Source of the DNA: a virus
IMG/VR virus record: IMGVR_UViG_3300045988_078563
Length of the DNA: 57,623 bases
Strand: one strand, 5' to 3'
Part shown: piece by piece, positions 16,074-24,141 of the stretch
Layout of the letters: every line of letters begins with the position of its first letter
How positions within the stretch are numbered: position 1 is the first letter of the stretch
The notes under the pieces: generated by a model
What the model saw: only the letters and a program-made list of their open reading frames with translations
What the model was told of the DNA's origin: nothing
Databases searched by the model: none
Made by a program: the position numbers and the translations under genes

Positions 16074-17122
16074 TGGCTAAGGAATCATTAGCAGTAAAAT
16101 ATCGTCCTAAAACATTTGACGATATGACAGAACAGAGTGCAATAAAAGATATATTAACTAATCAGATAAATACAAGAACATTTCAACACGGATATTTATT
16201 TACGGGTCCGGCTGGAACAGGTAAAACTACAAGTGCAAGAATATTTGCAAATATGATAAACAACGGAAAGGGAAATCCCATTGAAGTGGATGCCGCAAGT
16301 AATAGTGGTGTAGATAACATAAGACAGATTATAGAAGATGCAAAAAGAAAACCATTGGATGCGGAATATAAAATATTCATTGTGGATGAGTGTCATTCAT
16401 TATCAAATGGAGCTTGGCAGGCATTACTCAAGACACTTGAAGAACCTCCAAAATTTACTATTTTCATTTTCTGTACGACTGACCCTCAGAAAGTACCTGC
16501 AACAATTCTTTCAAGAGTACAACGATACAATTTTCAGAAGATAAGTAATAAAGGTATCGTGAAAAGATTGGAGCATATCTGTGTACTTGAAAACTCTCAA
16601 GATTATAATGACCCTGACCTTAGGGATATTGGTGATATAATAAGATATCCAGAAGCATTAGAATATATTGCAAAGGTTTGTAATGGTGGAATGAGAGATG
16701 CTATTACACTTCTTGATAAATGCCTTTCATTATCTCCTGATTTAACACTGGAAAATGTTTTAAAAACAATAGGTGCAGAAGATTATTCTACATTTATAGC
16801 CTTTTTAGGTGCTTTAGAAATAAGACGAAAAGAGACAGCTATTAGAATCATTGAAGATGTATACAATGCAGGTAAAGATGTTAAGCAGTTTTTGAAGGAT
16901 TTTGCCAAGTTCATTCTTGAAGTAGAAAAGTATGCTATATATAAGAATTTTGATTATATTAGCTTGCCTAATACACTTGAAAAGAAATTACCACCGCTTA
17001 TTGATGATACATTATTCAATGTTATGGATTTTGTAGTTTCTTTGAATAGTCAGATTAAATGGGATAGCGACACTAAGACTTTAATAGAATTATCTATTTT
17101 GATTTATTGTGGAAAGGAATAA
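16073..17122 (+). CDS. dnaX: Clamp loader ATPase, DNA polymerase III gamma/tau-like
   Basis: KYRPKTFDDM, GPAGTGKTT, DECH, SRVQ sensor. Confidence 0.85.
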   Translation: MAKESLAVKYRPKTFDDMTEQSAIKDILTNQINTRTFQHGYLFTGPAGTGKTTSARIFANMINNGKGNPIEVDAASNSGVDNIRQIIEDAKRKPLDAEYKIFIVDECHSLSNGAWQALLKTLEEPPKFTIFIFCTTDPQKVPATILSRVQRYNFQKISNKGIVKRLEHICVLENSQDYNDPDLRDIGDIIRYPEALEYIAKVCNGGMRDAITLLDKCLSLSPDLTLENVLKTIGAEDYSTFIAFLGALEIRRKETAIRIIEDVYNAGKDVKQFLKDFAKFILEVEKYAIYKNFDYISLPNTLEKKLPPLIDDTLFNVMDFVVSLNSQIKWDSDTKTLIELSILIYCGKE

Positions 17123-17128
17123 AGTTAT

Positions 17129-17350
17129 ATGAATAATATAAAAGTAACCCTATTATCTATAGAAGAAGTTAAGAAAAAAATTTTTGATAATGATATTGAT
17201 GATGTGTATGTATTGACAGATGAAGACAATGACTTAAATTTGCGTGTAATAAAGTATAACAGGCTGGATAATGTCATAAGACGAATATCAGATGGTTCAG
17301 CTTTTTTAAAGATTGAGGTGATTAAAGATGATGATAGGACAGAAAAATAA
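17129..17350 (+). CDS. Hypothetical small protein
   Basis: ORF track. Confidence 0.5.
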   Translation: MNNIKVTLLSIEEVKKKIFDNDIDDVYVLTDEDNDLNLRVIKYNRLDNVIRRISDGSAFLKIEVIKDDDRTEK

Positions 17351-18128
17351 TATTCAAACTCTTATTCAGTGGAGATGTAATAAGTCAGTTCCTAGATTCA
17401 TCATTATAGCTGGGGATGAAGGAAGTGGTAGATTAACATTTGCAAAAGCAATTTTAAAAATAATAAATGCTAAAGGTATAATTATGGGTAATAGTATAGC
17501 AGATGTACGAGATACTATAGAACAGGCTTATTATATTACACAGACAACCTGTTATATATTCAGAGATGCAGATGATATGAAAAATGAAGCAAAGAATGCA
17601 CTATTAAAGGTGGTGGAAGAACCACCTAATAATGCTTATTTCATTATGACAGTACACAATATTGATAATATGTTAGGTACTATTAGAAGCAGAGGAACAG
17701 TTATCAAAATGGAACCTTATACAATGCAGGAATTGCGTTCTGTCAGTGAAGATGAATTAAGCCTGGAATATTGTAATAATATAGGTGAGTTACAGATTGC
17801 ACACGAAGAAGTACAGAGAGCAGAAGATTGTGTTGATGGTGTATTAAAGGCTCTGAAGGAAAAGAGTGGCACTAGGCTATTGAAAGCTTGTACACAACTA
17901 AGAGCTAAACAAACAGAAACAGATAAGATTGATTGTTTATTGTTTTTTAAAGTATTTCAAAAAAGATTGTATCGTTTATATGAAACACTTGATTTACATA
18001 TTAATGATTTATCTTGTGTATTTCGCTGTAAGCAGGAATTAAACAGAAATACTATAAATAAAAGAGCTAGTATAGAAGCTATGCTTATTAATCTATTGGA
18101 GGCTATTAGAAGTGCAGAAATTTCCTAG
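17328..18128 (+). CDS. holB: Clamp loader delta'-like subunit
   Basis: IIAGDEGSGRLTFA, ALLKVVEEPP, TIRSRG. Confidence 0.7.
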   Translation: MMIGQKNNIQTLIQWRCNKSVPRFIIIAGDEGSGRLTFAKAILKIINAKGIIMGNSIADVRDTIEQAYYITQTTCYIFRDADDMKNEAKNALLKVVEEPPNNAYFIMTVHNIDNMLGTIRSRGTVIKMEPYTMQELRSVSEDELSLEYCNNIGELQIAHEEVQRAEDCVDGVLKALKEKSGTRLLKACTQLRAKQTETDKIDCLLFFKVFQKRLYRLYETLDLHINDLSCVFRCKQELNRNTINKRASIEAMLINLLEAIRSAEIS

Positions 18129-18450
18129 GTGCTGGGATAAAATAACTTGTATCAATTATCTACAGCGTAAGATAATATTGAATTGTATAGCTTACTATGA
18201 ATTAAACATTAATAAATTAACAGATAAAGAGTATGACGAATTAAGTAGGCAACTTGTAGAACTTCAAAAAGATATAGATATAAGTGATACGCAATATGGA
18301 TATGTGATGTGTGATTTTGATGGAACTACAGGATTTGACTTATATGAAAGATTAAATGATTATGATAAGAAATATTTAATGTCCATTGCTATCCATTATT
18401 GTACAAATAAGGTAAAACACATGAAGAAAAAGAAAGGAGGTTTGTTTTAG
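18112..18450 (+). CDS. Hypothetical protein embedded in the clamp-loader operon
   Basis: ORF track; GTG start; AYYELNINKLTDKEYDEL motif. Confidence 0.5.
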   Translation: MQKFPRCWDKITCINYLQRKIILNCIAYYELNINKLTDKEYDELSRQLVELQKDIDISDTQYGYVMCDFDGTTGFDLYERLNDYDKKYLMSIAIHYCTNKVKHMKKKKGGLF

Positions 18451-19407
18451 TTGGAGCTTGTAAATTTAATGAAAGCCATATCTGAAAATAGTATACCACA
18501 TTATTTAGTCCTTTTTGGTGAAGAGCAGGCAATCCTTGACATTTATATTCAACACATAGCACAGAATTATAAGATTGTATATTGCGATACTGTCGCTTAT
18601 GCTCTTTCGCAGGTTGGAAAAAAGAGTATAGATAAATCCAACAAAGTTTACATTGTGAATGAAGATAATGCTTATAATAAGGTAGAGGAGAGTTGGAAGA
18701 ATGTAAAACAGACATTCGCTAGAAGTAAGCATATATTACTACTTAAATATCATAGCATTGATAAGAGAGGAAAATTCTATACACAGAACAAAGGAAATGC
18801 GGTAGAATTTACACATTTATCCGAAGATGTACTAATTAACTATATTCAGCAAAAACTGCCCGCTTTAAGCGAGAAAAACGCTTCTAAGCTAATAATATGG
18901 TGTAATTATGATTATGGTAGAATACTAATGGAAATAGATAAGATACAACAATGGGTTAATTATTACACTGACAAAGAAGGTACACCTAATACAGATAGTG
19001 CATTTAAGTTATTAAATAAACAAGGCTTGTTCTATAAGGAAATAGGTGATATAACATTTGAATTAACCAATGCAGTATTAGGAGGATATCCAGATACAGC
19101 TATACAGAAACTTGAGGAAGCAAAGCGAAAAGGTGAGCCAGCTATGATGATAGCAAGTATATTATATACAGGTTTTAGAAATCTTCTTGCATATCAAGGC
19201 TTGGGAAATAATAAGCAGAATGCAATGGAAAGAACTGGAATGACAAAAGGGGAATTATATGGATGTACTAAGAATGTCGGAGGTTATAGTATAGCAGAAG
19301 TTAGGAGGAATATGTTATTTTGTCAAAAAATAGAAACAGGTATTAAACAAGGCATAGTTGATGAAGATGTAGCTTTAGAATATTTAATATTGCATTGTCT
19401 TAGATAA
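18451..19407 (+). CDS. holA: Clamp loader delta-like subunit
   Basis: 318 aa. HolA-like N-terminus YLVLFGEEQAILDIY. Position next to dnaX/holB. Confidence 0.5.
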   Translation: MELVNLMKAISENSIPHYLVLFGEEQAILDIYIQHIAQNYKIVYCDTVAYALSQVGKKSIDKSNKVYIVNEDNAYNKVEESWKNVKQTFARSKHILLLKYHSIDKRGKFYTQNKGNAVEFTHLSEDVLINYIQQKLPALSEKNASKLIIWCNYDYGRILMEIDKIQQWVNYYTDKEGTPNTDSAFKLLNKQGLFYKEIGDITFELTNAVLGGYPDTAIQKLEEAKRKGEPAMMIASILYTGFRNLLAYQGLGNNKQNAMERTGMTKGELYGCTKNVGGYSIAEVRRNMLFCQKIETGIKQGIVDEDVALEYLILHCLR

Positions 19408-19457
19408 TATGTTATTATGTAATAGGTCCTCATTATCTAATTATCCACCTTTATAGA

Positions 19458-19497
19458 ATATGTGTATCTTAATCAGAAGATACACATATTTTTTTAT
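19458..19497 (+). terminator. Rho-independent terminator
   Basis: 13-bp perfect stem atatgtgtatctt/aagatacacatat, 6-nt loop, T7. Confidence 0.9.
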
Positions 19498-19516
19498 TTC
19501 TTCTTAAAAAAATCAC

Positions 19517-19545
19517 TTGACATTCCTATATATATGTATTACAAT
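19517..19545 (+). promoter_or_regulatory. Early promoter copy P6
   Basis: ttgaca 19517-19522, N17, tacaat 19540-19545. 19532..19591 is identical to 10871..10930. Confidence 0.85.
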
Positions 19546-19586
19546 ATAATCAAGTTAAGAAATAAAAAAAAACAGGAGGACAAAAA

Positions 19587-20027
19587 ATGAATAAGATAGA
19601 GGAACTTAAAGAAATATTAAAGTATGTTAAGTTAGAAGACATAGGATATAGCTTACCTTCTGATTTTTATAAAGAAAAGGGTGCAGATAGAGCTCTTAGA
19701 GAAATTAACAGAAGAATAAAGCAGTTGGCGGAAGCTTCTGAAATGCGTAAGGAGGAGCTTGCACTCAAATGGTTCCAGAAATGGGACAACGGAAATCAGT
19801 TCTGTGCTCGTATGAATGCCGAATTATCCGATGCAGATATGAGTGACTGGTGCGATATAATCGGCTCTAATACAGAAGCAGAGCCTTTCAGATTAAAAGG
19901 TGTAAAAGATTGTCCATTGTCTTTAGACCTTTTATATAGAGCTAAGTCTTTAGCTAAATTTAGAGGACTTGACAATGATGTTAGGTCTATAGATTTTGAA
20001 ATAGACAGAAAGGAGGAAAATAATTAA
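19587..20027 (+). CDS. Hypothetical protein
   Basis: ORF track; AGGAGG RBS. Confidence 0.6.
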   Translation: MNKIEELKEILKYVKLEDIGYSLPSDFYKEKGADRALREINRRIKQLAEASEMRKEELALKWFQKWDNGNQFCARMNAELSDADMSDWCDIIGSNTEAEPFRLKGVKDCPLSLDLLYRAKSLAKFRGLDNDVRSIDFEIDRKEENN

Positions 20028-20684
20028 ATGACAAAAGAACAGGAACAGCTTGTAACAGATAATCATAATTTGATATATTATTATCTAAAACGTCATAATT
20101 TGGATATATCTTCATATTATGACGTTTGTGCTATAGGCTTATGTAAAGCCGCAATGAGTTATGATAAGAATAAAGCTAGTTTTGCAACATACGCATTACA
20201 TATAATGCACAATGAGTATCTAATGGATATAAGGAAAAATACTCTTGTGAAGAATAAAGATGTATGTATATGCTCATTAGATGAAACCTTAACTAATTCT
20301 AAAGGTGAGCAATTTTATAGATATGAAATTGTCAGTAATGGATTATCTGCATATGATAATATATTGCCTTATAATCTGGAAGAAATATTAGATAAAAGGC
20401 AATTACAAGTTGTACAATTATGTTTATTAGGATATACACAATATGATATAGGTATTAAGTTAAAGTTGAGTCAATCTTATGTTAGTAGAATTCTTAAGCA
20501 GATAAAAAAAAATATTGGAGGCTGGCGGATGAATGATATAAAACAAACTGTATGTAAAAGATGTGGTAGAAAATTAAAAAGTTTGCAGGCTATAGAATTA
20601 GGTATGGGAGCTGTATGCTGGAAAAAGTATCAAGCAGAAAATAATCATAAAAAATTATGGAAGGAAGATAATAAAGATGGATGA
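20028..20684 (+). CDS. Sigma-70 family (group 4-like) sigma factor with a C-terminal zinc-ribbon extension
   Basis: Region 2-like block YDVCAIGLCKAAMSYD..FATYALHIMHNEY. Region 4 HTH block GYTQYDIGIKLKLSQSYVSRIL. C-terminal CKRCGRKLKSLQAIELGMGAVC. Confidence 0.75.
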   Translation: MTKEQEQLVTDNHNLIYYYLKRHNLDISSYYDVCAIGLCKAAMSYDKNKASFATYALHIMHNEYLMDIRKNTLVKNKDVCICSLDETLTNSKGEQFYRYEIVSNGLSAYDNILPYNLEEILDKRQLQVVQLCLLGYTQYDIGIKLKLSQSYVSRILKQIKKNIGGWRMNDIKQTVCKRCGRKLKSLQAIELGMGAVCWKKYQAENNHKKLWKEDNKDG

Positions 20685-20850
20685 TAAATTAAAATTAGAT
20701 TTAGTTCGATTAGTACAGATACAGTATTATAAGAATAAACGAAAAGCTGAGTTTAAACAGGACATAAAAGTAGCTTGTCACGGTTTTCTTATTTTTATTT
20801 TAGCGTGTTTTTTAGCTTTCTTGCTATATAATGTGTATGCTTTTAATTAA
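20677..20850 (+). CDS. Small C-terminally membrane-anchored protein (57 aa)
   Basis: ATG 20677 overlaps the sigma stop. GFLIFILACFLAFLLYNVYAF. Confidence 0.45.
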   Translation: MDDKLKLDLVRLVQIQYYKNKRKAEFKQDIKVACHGFLIFILACFLAFLLYNVYAFN

Positions 20851-20861
20851 AGGAGAAATAT

Positions 20862-21038
20862 ATGTGTAAAAGTGAAGCTGATATACTTACAGATTATATG
20901 AAACATAATTATATGTTATCTGAGGAAATAAATGATATAAGGTTACGATTATATGTTAGATATACAGTAGGCTTTAATGTTTATTATCTAAAGATTAGAT
21001 TAAAGGAATTTTGGAAAATGCTAAAGAAAGGAATTTGA
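20862..21038 (+). CDS. Hypothetical small protein (58 aa)
   Basis: AAGGAG before ATG 20862. Confidence 0.45.
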   Translation: MCKSEADILTDYMKHNYMLSEEINDIRLRLYVRYTVGFNVYYLKIRLKEFWKMLKKGI

Positions 21039-21043
21039 TTATT

Positions 21044-21484
21044 ATGACAAATAAAGAATATTATAGAGATTTATTGGCGGATATAGCTTTAGATGTACCT
21101 TCATATACAGGGAATGTTGGATTAAGTAAATTATCAGGTAAGCCTTTTAGATGTAATCGTTTATCTTGTAATGATTGTGTATTTAATAAAAAGAGTATAT
21201 CTTGTAGCTTCTGTCGTAAGGAATGGGCGGAAAAGGAATATTCTAAAAAATATGTACCTGATGTGGATTGGACATCTGTACCTACAGATACACCAGTTTT
21301 GATATCTATACCAGGAGATTTTATACACAGACATTTTGCGTCTTATGATAGTAGCACAAGAACTATATACACTTATGTAGAAGGTCTAACATCTTGGACG
21401 TCGGAAGGTGTGAAGGAAGAATATAAAGAAGATATAGTTAGTCTTTCAAATGAAGAAGATATTCTGAAATATACACCAAGATAA
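21044..21484 (+). CDS. Hypothetical Cys-rich protein
   Basis: ORF track 21011 (TTG); ATG 21044 preferred. Confidence 0.55.
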   Translation: MTNKEYYRDLLADIALDVPSYTGNVGLSKLSGKPFRCNRLSCNDCVFNKKSISCSFCRKEWAEKEYSKKYVPDVDWTSVPTDTPVLISIPGDFIHRHFASYDSSTRTIYTYVEGLTSWTSEGVKEEYKEDIVSLSNEEDILKYTPR

Positions 21485-21510
21485 CATTAAATATATTAAT
21501 ATATATAACC

Positions 21511-21552
21511 AACAACACATCATTCTTGAGGGAGTGGTGTGTTGTTTTTTGT
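21511..21552 (+). terminator. Rho-independent terminator closing the early/middle region
   Basis: aacaacacatca/tggtgtgttgtt stem of about 12 bp, then ttttgttt. Confidence 0.8.
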
Positions 21553-21587
21553 TTAATAATATGTTAATATAACATTAATAAAAAACT

Positions 21588-21827
21588 ATGAAAGGCGGGG
21601 TAAATATAGACACTAAATCATTAATGTTTAAATTGCAAAAAGCATTAAAGACAAAAGGAATAATATTATGTATTAATACTAATCAATTCTATTCTATAGA
21701 ACAAGATAGATATATAACAATGTATACTGTAGTAAGAAACAAGAAACAATTAATAAGAACAGCCAGTCAAATAAAAGTAATAAGACAACTACAGGAAATA
21801 TGGGAAGAGGTGAAGAATAATGACTAA
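21588..21827 (+). CDS. Hypothetical protein
   Basis: ORF track. Confidence 0.5.
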   Translation: MKGGVNIDTKSLMFKLQKALKTKGIILCINTNQFYSIEQDRYITMYTVVRNKKQLIRTASQIKVIRQLQEIWEEVKNND

Positions 21828-22266
21828 AGAAACAGATAGAGAGAAAGAAGCTAAAAAACATCTAAATCAAAAACAACAGTCTTTTGCTCTTAATTATGTA
21901 GAAAATCATAATATAACACAATCAGCTATTAGTGCAGGATATAGTAAAAAAACAGCAAGTGTACAAGGTTGCAATCTGTTAAAAAACACTAAGGTCCGAG
22001 AATATATAGATTCCATACTCGAAAGGATACAATCTGACAAGATAGCCAATATTGAAGAAGTAATGGAATATCTTACACGAGTAATGAGAGGTGAAGAGAA
22101 AGATAGCTTTGATATGGAACCATCATTACAGGAAAGAACAAAGGCGGCTAATGCTTTAGCTGATAGATTAGATAATAGAGCTAAGAAGCTGGAGATTAAA
22201 ACAGCCGTTACTATCATAGATGATATTCCAGATGATGCAGAGGTGGAAGAGGATGAAGAAGATTAA
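21820..22266 (+). CDS. terS: Terminase small subunit (Terminase_2 / P27-like)
   Basis: LNQKQQSFALNYVENHNITQSAISAGYSKKTASVQGCNLLKNTKVREYI. Confidence 0.85.
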   Translation: MTKETDREKEAKKHLNQKQQSFALNYVENHNITQSAISAGYSKKTASVQGCNLLKNTKVREYIDSILERIQSDKIANIEEVMEYLTRVMRGEEKDSFDMEPSLQERTKAANALADRLDNRAKKLEIKTAVTIIDDIPDDAEVEEDEED

Positions 22267-23515
22267 AGGTAAGTCTTTAACTAACTGTATTGGTCCAGCT
22301 TTCTATAATATCCATAATGATATTAAAAATGGTAAGCATACATATTATGACTTAGAAGGTGGAAGAGGCTCTTTGAAATCCTCTTTTGTCTCTATAGAGA
22401 TTGTGCATAATATGATGAAGCCCGAGAACAATAAACAGCACGCCGTTGTATATAGAAAAGTTGGAGATACATTAGAGACTTCTGTATATGCACAGATAGA
22501 GTGGGCTATTGATAAGTTAGGTGTATCACATTTATGGAAAATGACTAAATCACCTATGAGAGCGGAATATCTTCCTACAGGACAGCGAATTATATTTAAA
22601 GGATTGGATAAAGCGGCAAAGTCTAAATCTATAAAAGTACCTTTTGGATATATAGCTTATCTGTGGTTTGAGGAGTTTGATGAGTTTACTGGTGAAGAAG
22701 AAATTAGAAAAATACAGCAGTCAGTTATTCGAGGTGGAGATAATTTTATAGTATTTAAGTCAATGAACCCACCTAAATCAAGAAATAACTGGGCTAATGA
22801 TTTTATAGAAAAAGAGAAGCTAAGACCTGATACATTAGTATCTCATACGACATACTTACAAGCTCCACCAGAATGGCTAGGACGACAATTCTTAGAAGAT
22901 GCAGAGTGGTTAAAACTTGTAAATCCAAGAGCTTATGAACACGAATATATGGGAATCCCTGTAGGCAATGGAACAGAAGTATTTGATAATCTTGAAATTA
23001 GAGAGATTACAGATAAAGAGATTGCTAAATGGGATAAGTTGTATAGAGGAGTTGACTGGGGCTGGTATCCTGACCCCTTCCATTATGGATGTATGTACTA
23101 TGACAGTGCAAGAATGACATTATATATATTTGAGGAATTCCGAACTAACAAGATGAAGAATGCCGATACAGCTAAAGTATTAATAGAAGATTACAAGTTA
23201 TCTAAATATGATATTGTAACTTGTGATAGTGCGGAAGAAAAATCTGTAGCAGATTATAGAAGTTATGGTATTAATGCACGTCCAGCGGAAAAAGGTCCAG
23301 GAAGTGTTCGTTATGGAATGAAATGGTTACAATCCCTTGTTAAAATTGTTATAGACCCTAGAAGATGTCCACACACCAAGGAAGAATTTAAAAAATATGA
23401 GTATGAATTAGATAAAGAAGGAAATCCAACATCAGCATATCCAGACAAAGACAACCACAGCATTGATATGACACGATACGCAATGGAACCAGTATGGAGA
23501 AGGAAAGGAGCATAG
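22253..23515 (+). CDS. terL: Terminase large subunit (PBSX/XtmB-like)
   Basis: Walker A-like GGRGSLKS, a WFEEFDEF Walker B-like block, and C-terminal nuclease D..D motifs. Confidence 0.85.
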   Translation: MKKIKGKSLTNCIGPAFYNIHNDIKNGKHTYYDLEGGRGSLKSSFVSIEIVHNMMKPENNKQHAVVYRKVGDTLETSVYAQIEWAIDKLGVSHLWKMTKSPMRAEYLPTGQRIIFKGLDKAAKSKSIKVPFGYIAYLWFEEFDEFTGEEEIRKIQQSVIRGGDNFIVFKSMNPPKSRNNWANDFIEKEKLRPDTLVSHTTYLQAPPEWLGRQFLEDAEWLKLVNPRAYEHEYMGIPVGNGTEVFDNLEIREITDKEIAKWDKLYRGVDWGWYPDPFHYGCMYYDSARMTLYIFEEFRTNKMKNADTAKVLIEDYKLSKYDIVTCDSAEEKSVADYRSYGINARPAEKGPGSVRYGMKWLQSLVKIVIDPRRCPHTKEEFKKYEYELDKEGNPTSAYPDKDNHSIDMTRYAMEPVWRRKGA

Positions 23516-23520
23516 ATAGA

Positions 23521-23883
23521 ATGTATGATTATAAGCAAGAGTTTTCGGATAATGTTGATATATTAGGTCAATCATATAGAATTGAATTTTTAGCAGAGGA
23601 TAAGGATTCAAAATTTGAGGATGCAGATGGTTATATAGACCCCACAATACATTTAATAAGAGTCGCATTTTTACAACCTAACAGGAGTTCTGTTCAGGAT
23701 TTAGCAATATATGCTAAGAAAGTAATGAGACACGAGATTGTACACGCTTATTTATATGAATCAGGATTAGCTGAAAATTCTCTTTCTGTTACTAACTGGG
23801 CTACTAATGAAGAAATGGTTGATTGGATAGCTAGGCAGTTTCCAAAAATAAAAAGAACAATGGAGACATTAAACTGCTTATAA
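23521..23883 (+). CDS. Small HExxH zinc metallopeptidase-like protein
   Basis: MRHEIVHAYLYESG. AAAGGAG before ATG 23521. Confidence 0.5.
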   Translation: MYDYKQEFSDNVDILGQSYRIEFLAEDKDSKFEDADGYIDPTIHLIRVAFLQPNRSSVQDLAIYAKKVMRHEIVHAYLYESGLAENSLSVTNWATNEEMVDWIARQFPKIKRTMETLNCL

Positions 23884-23897
23884 GGGAGGACAAGAAA

Positions 23898-24137
23898 ATG
23901 ATAGACAAAGAATATAAAGACAACGCAAATACAAGTTCTTGAGGAGAACAGAATAACTGGAGTTTTCAAGATGGCTGGTATCTTGGAACAGTTCTCAGAT
24001 ATCTATGTCGTAATGGCAATAAGAATGGTAATTCTAAAGAGCAGGGTTTACAAAAATGTATAAACTATTTACAAATGTATTTAGATAAATTAAAATCTAA
24101 AAGAGAACAAACAGAACCCTTAGATTATACAGAATAG
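23898..24137 (+). pseudogene. DUF3310-like small protein interrupted by an in-frame TGA (23940..23942)
   Basis: GGGAGG RBS + ATG 23898. 14 codons, TGA, then 64 codons with no start codon that carry GTVLRYLCRNGNK...LQKCINYLQMYL. Confidence 0.5.
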
Positions 24138-24141
24138 GAGT

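Noticed and set aside
21553-21587. Small palindrome atgtta-ata-taacat upstream of the packaging module as a pac/cos or operator site
   Set aside because: The arms are only 6 bp in very AT-rich sequence, and there is no supporting repeat or phasing.
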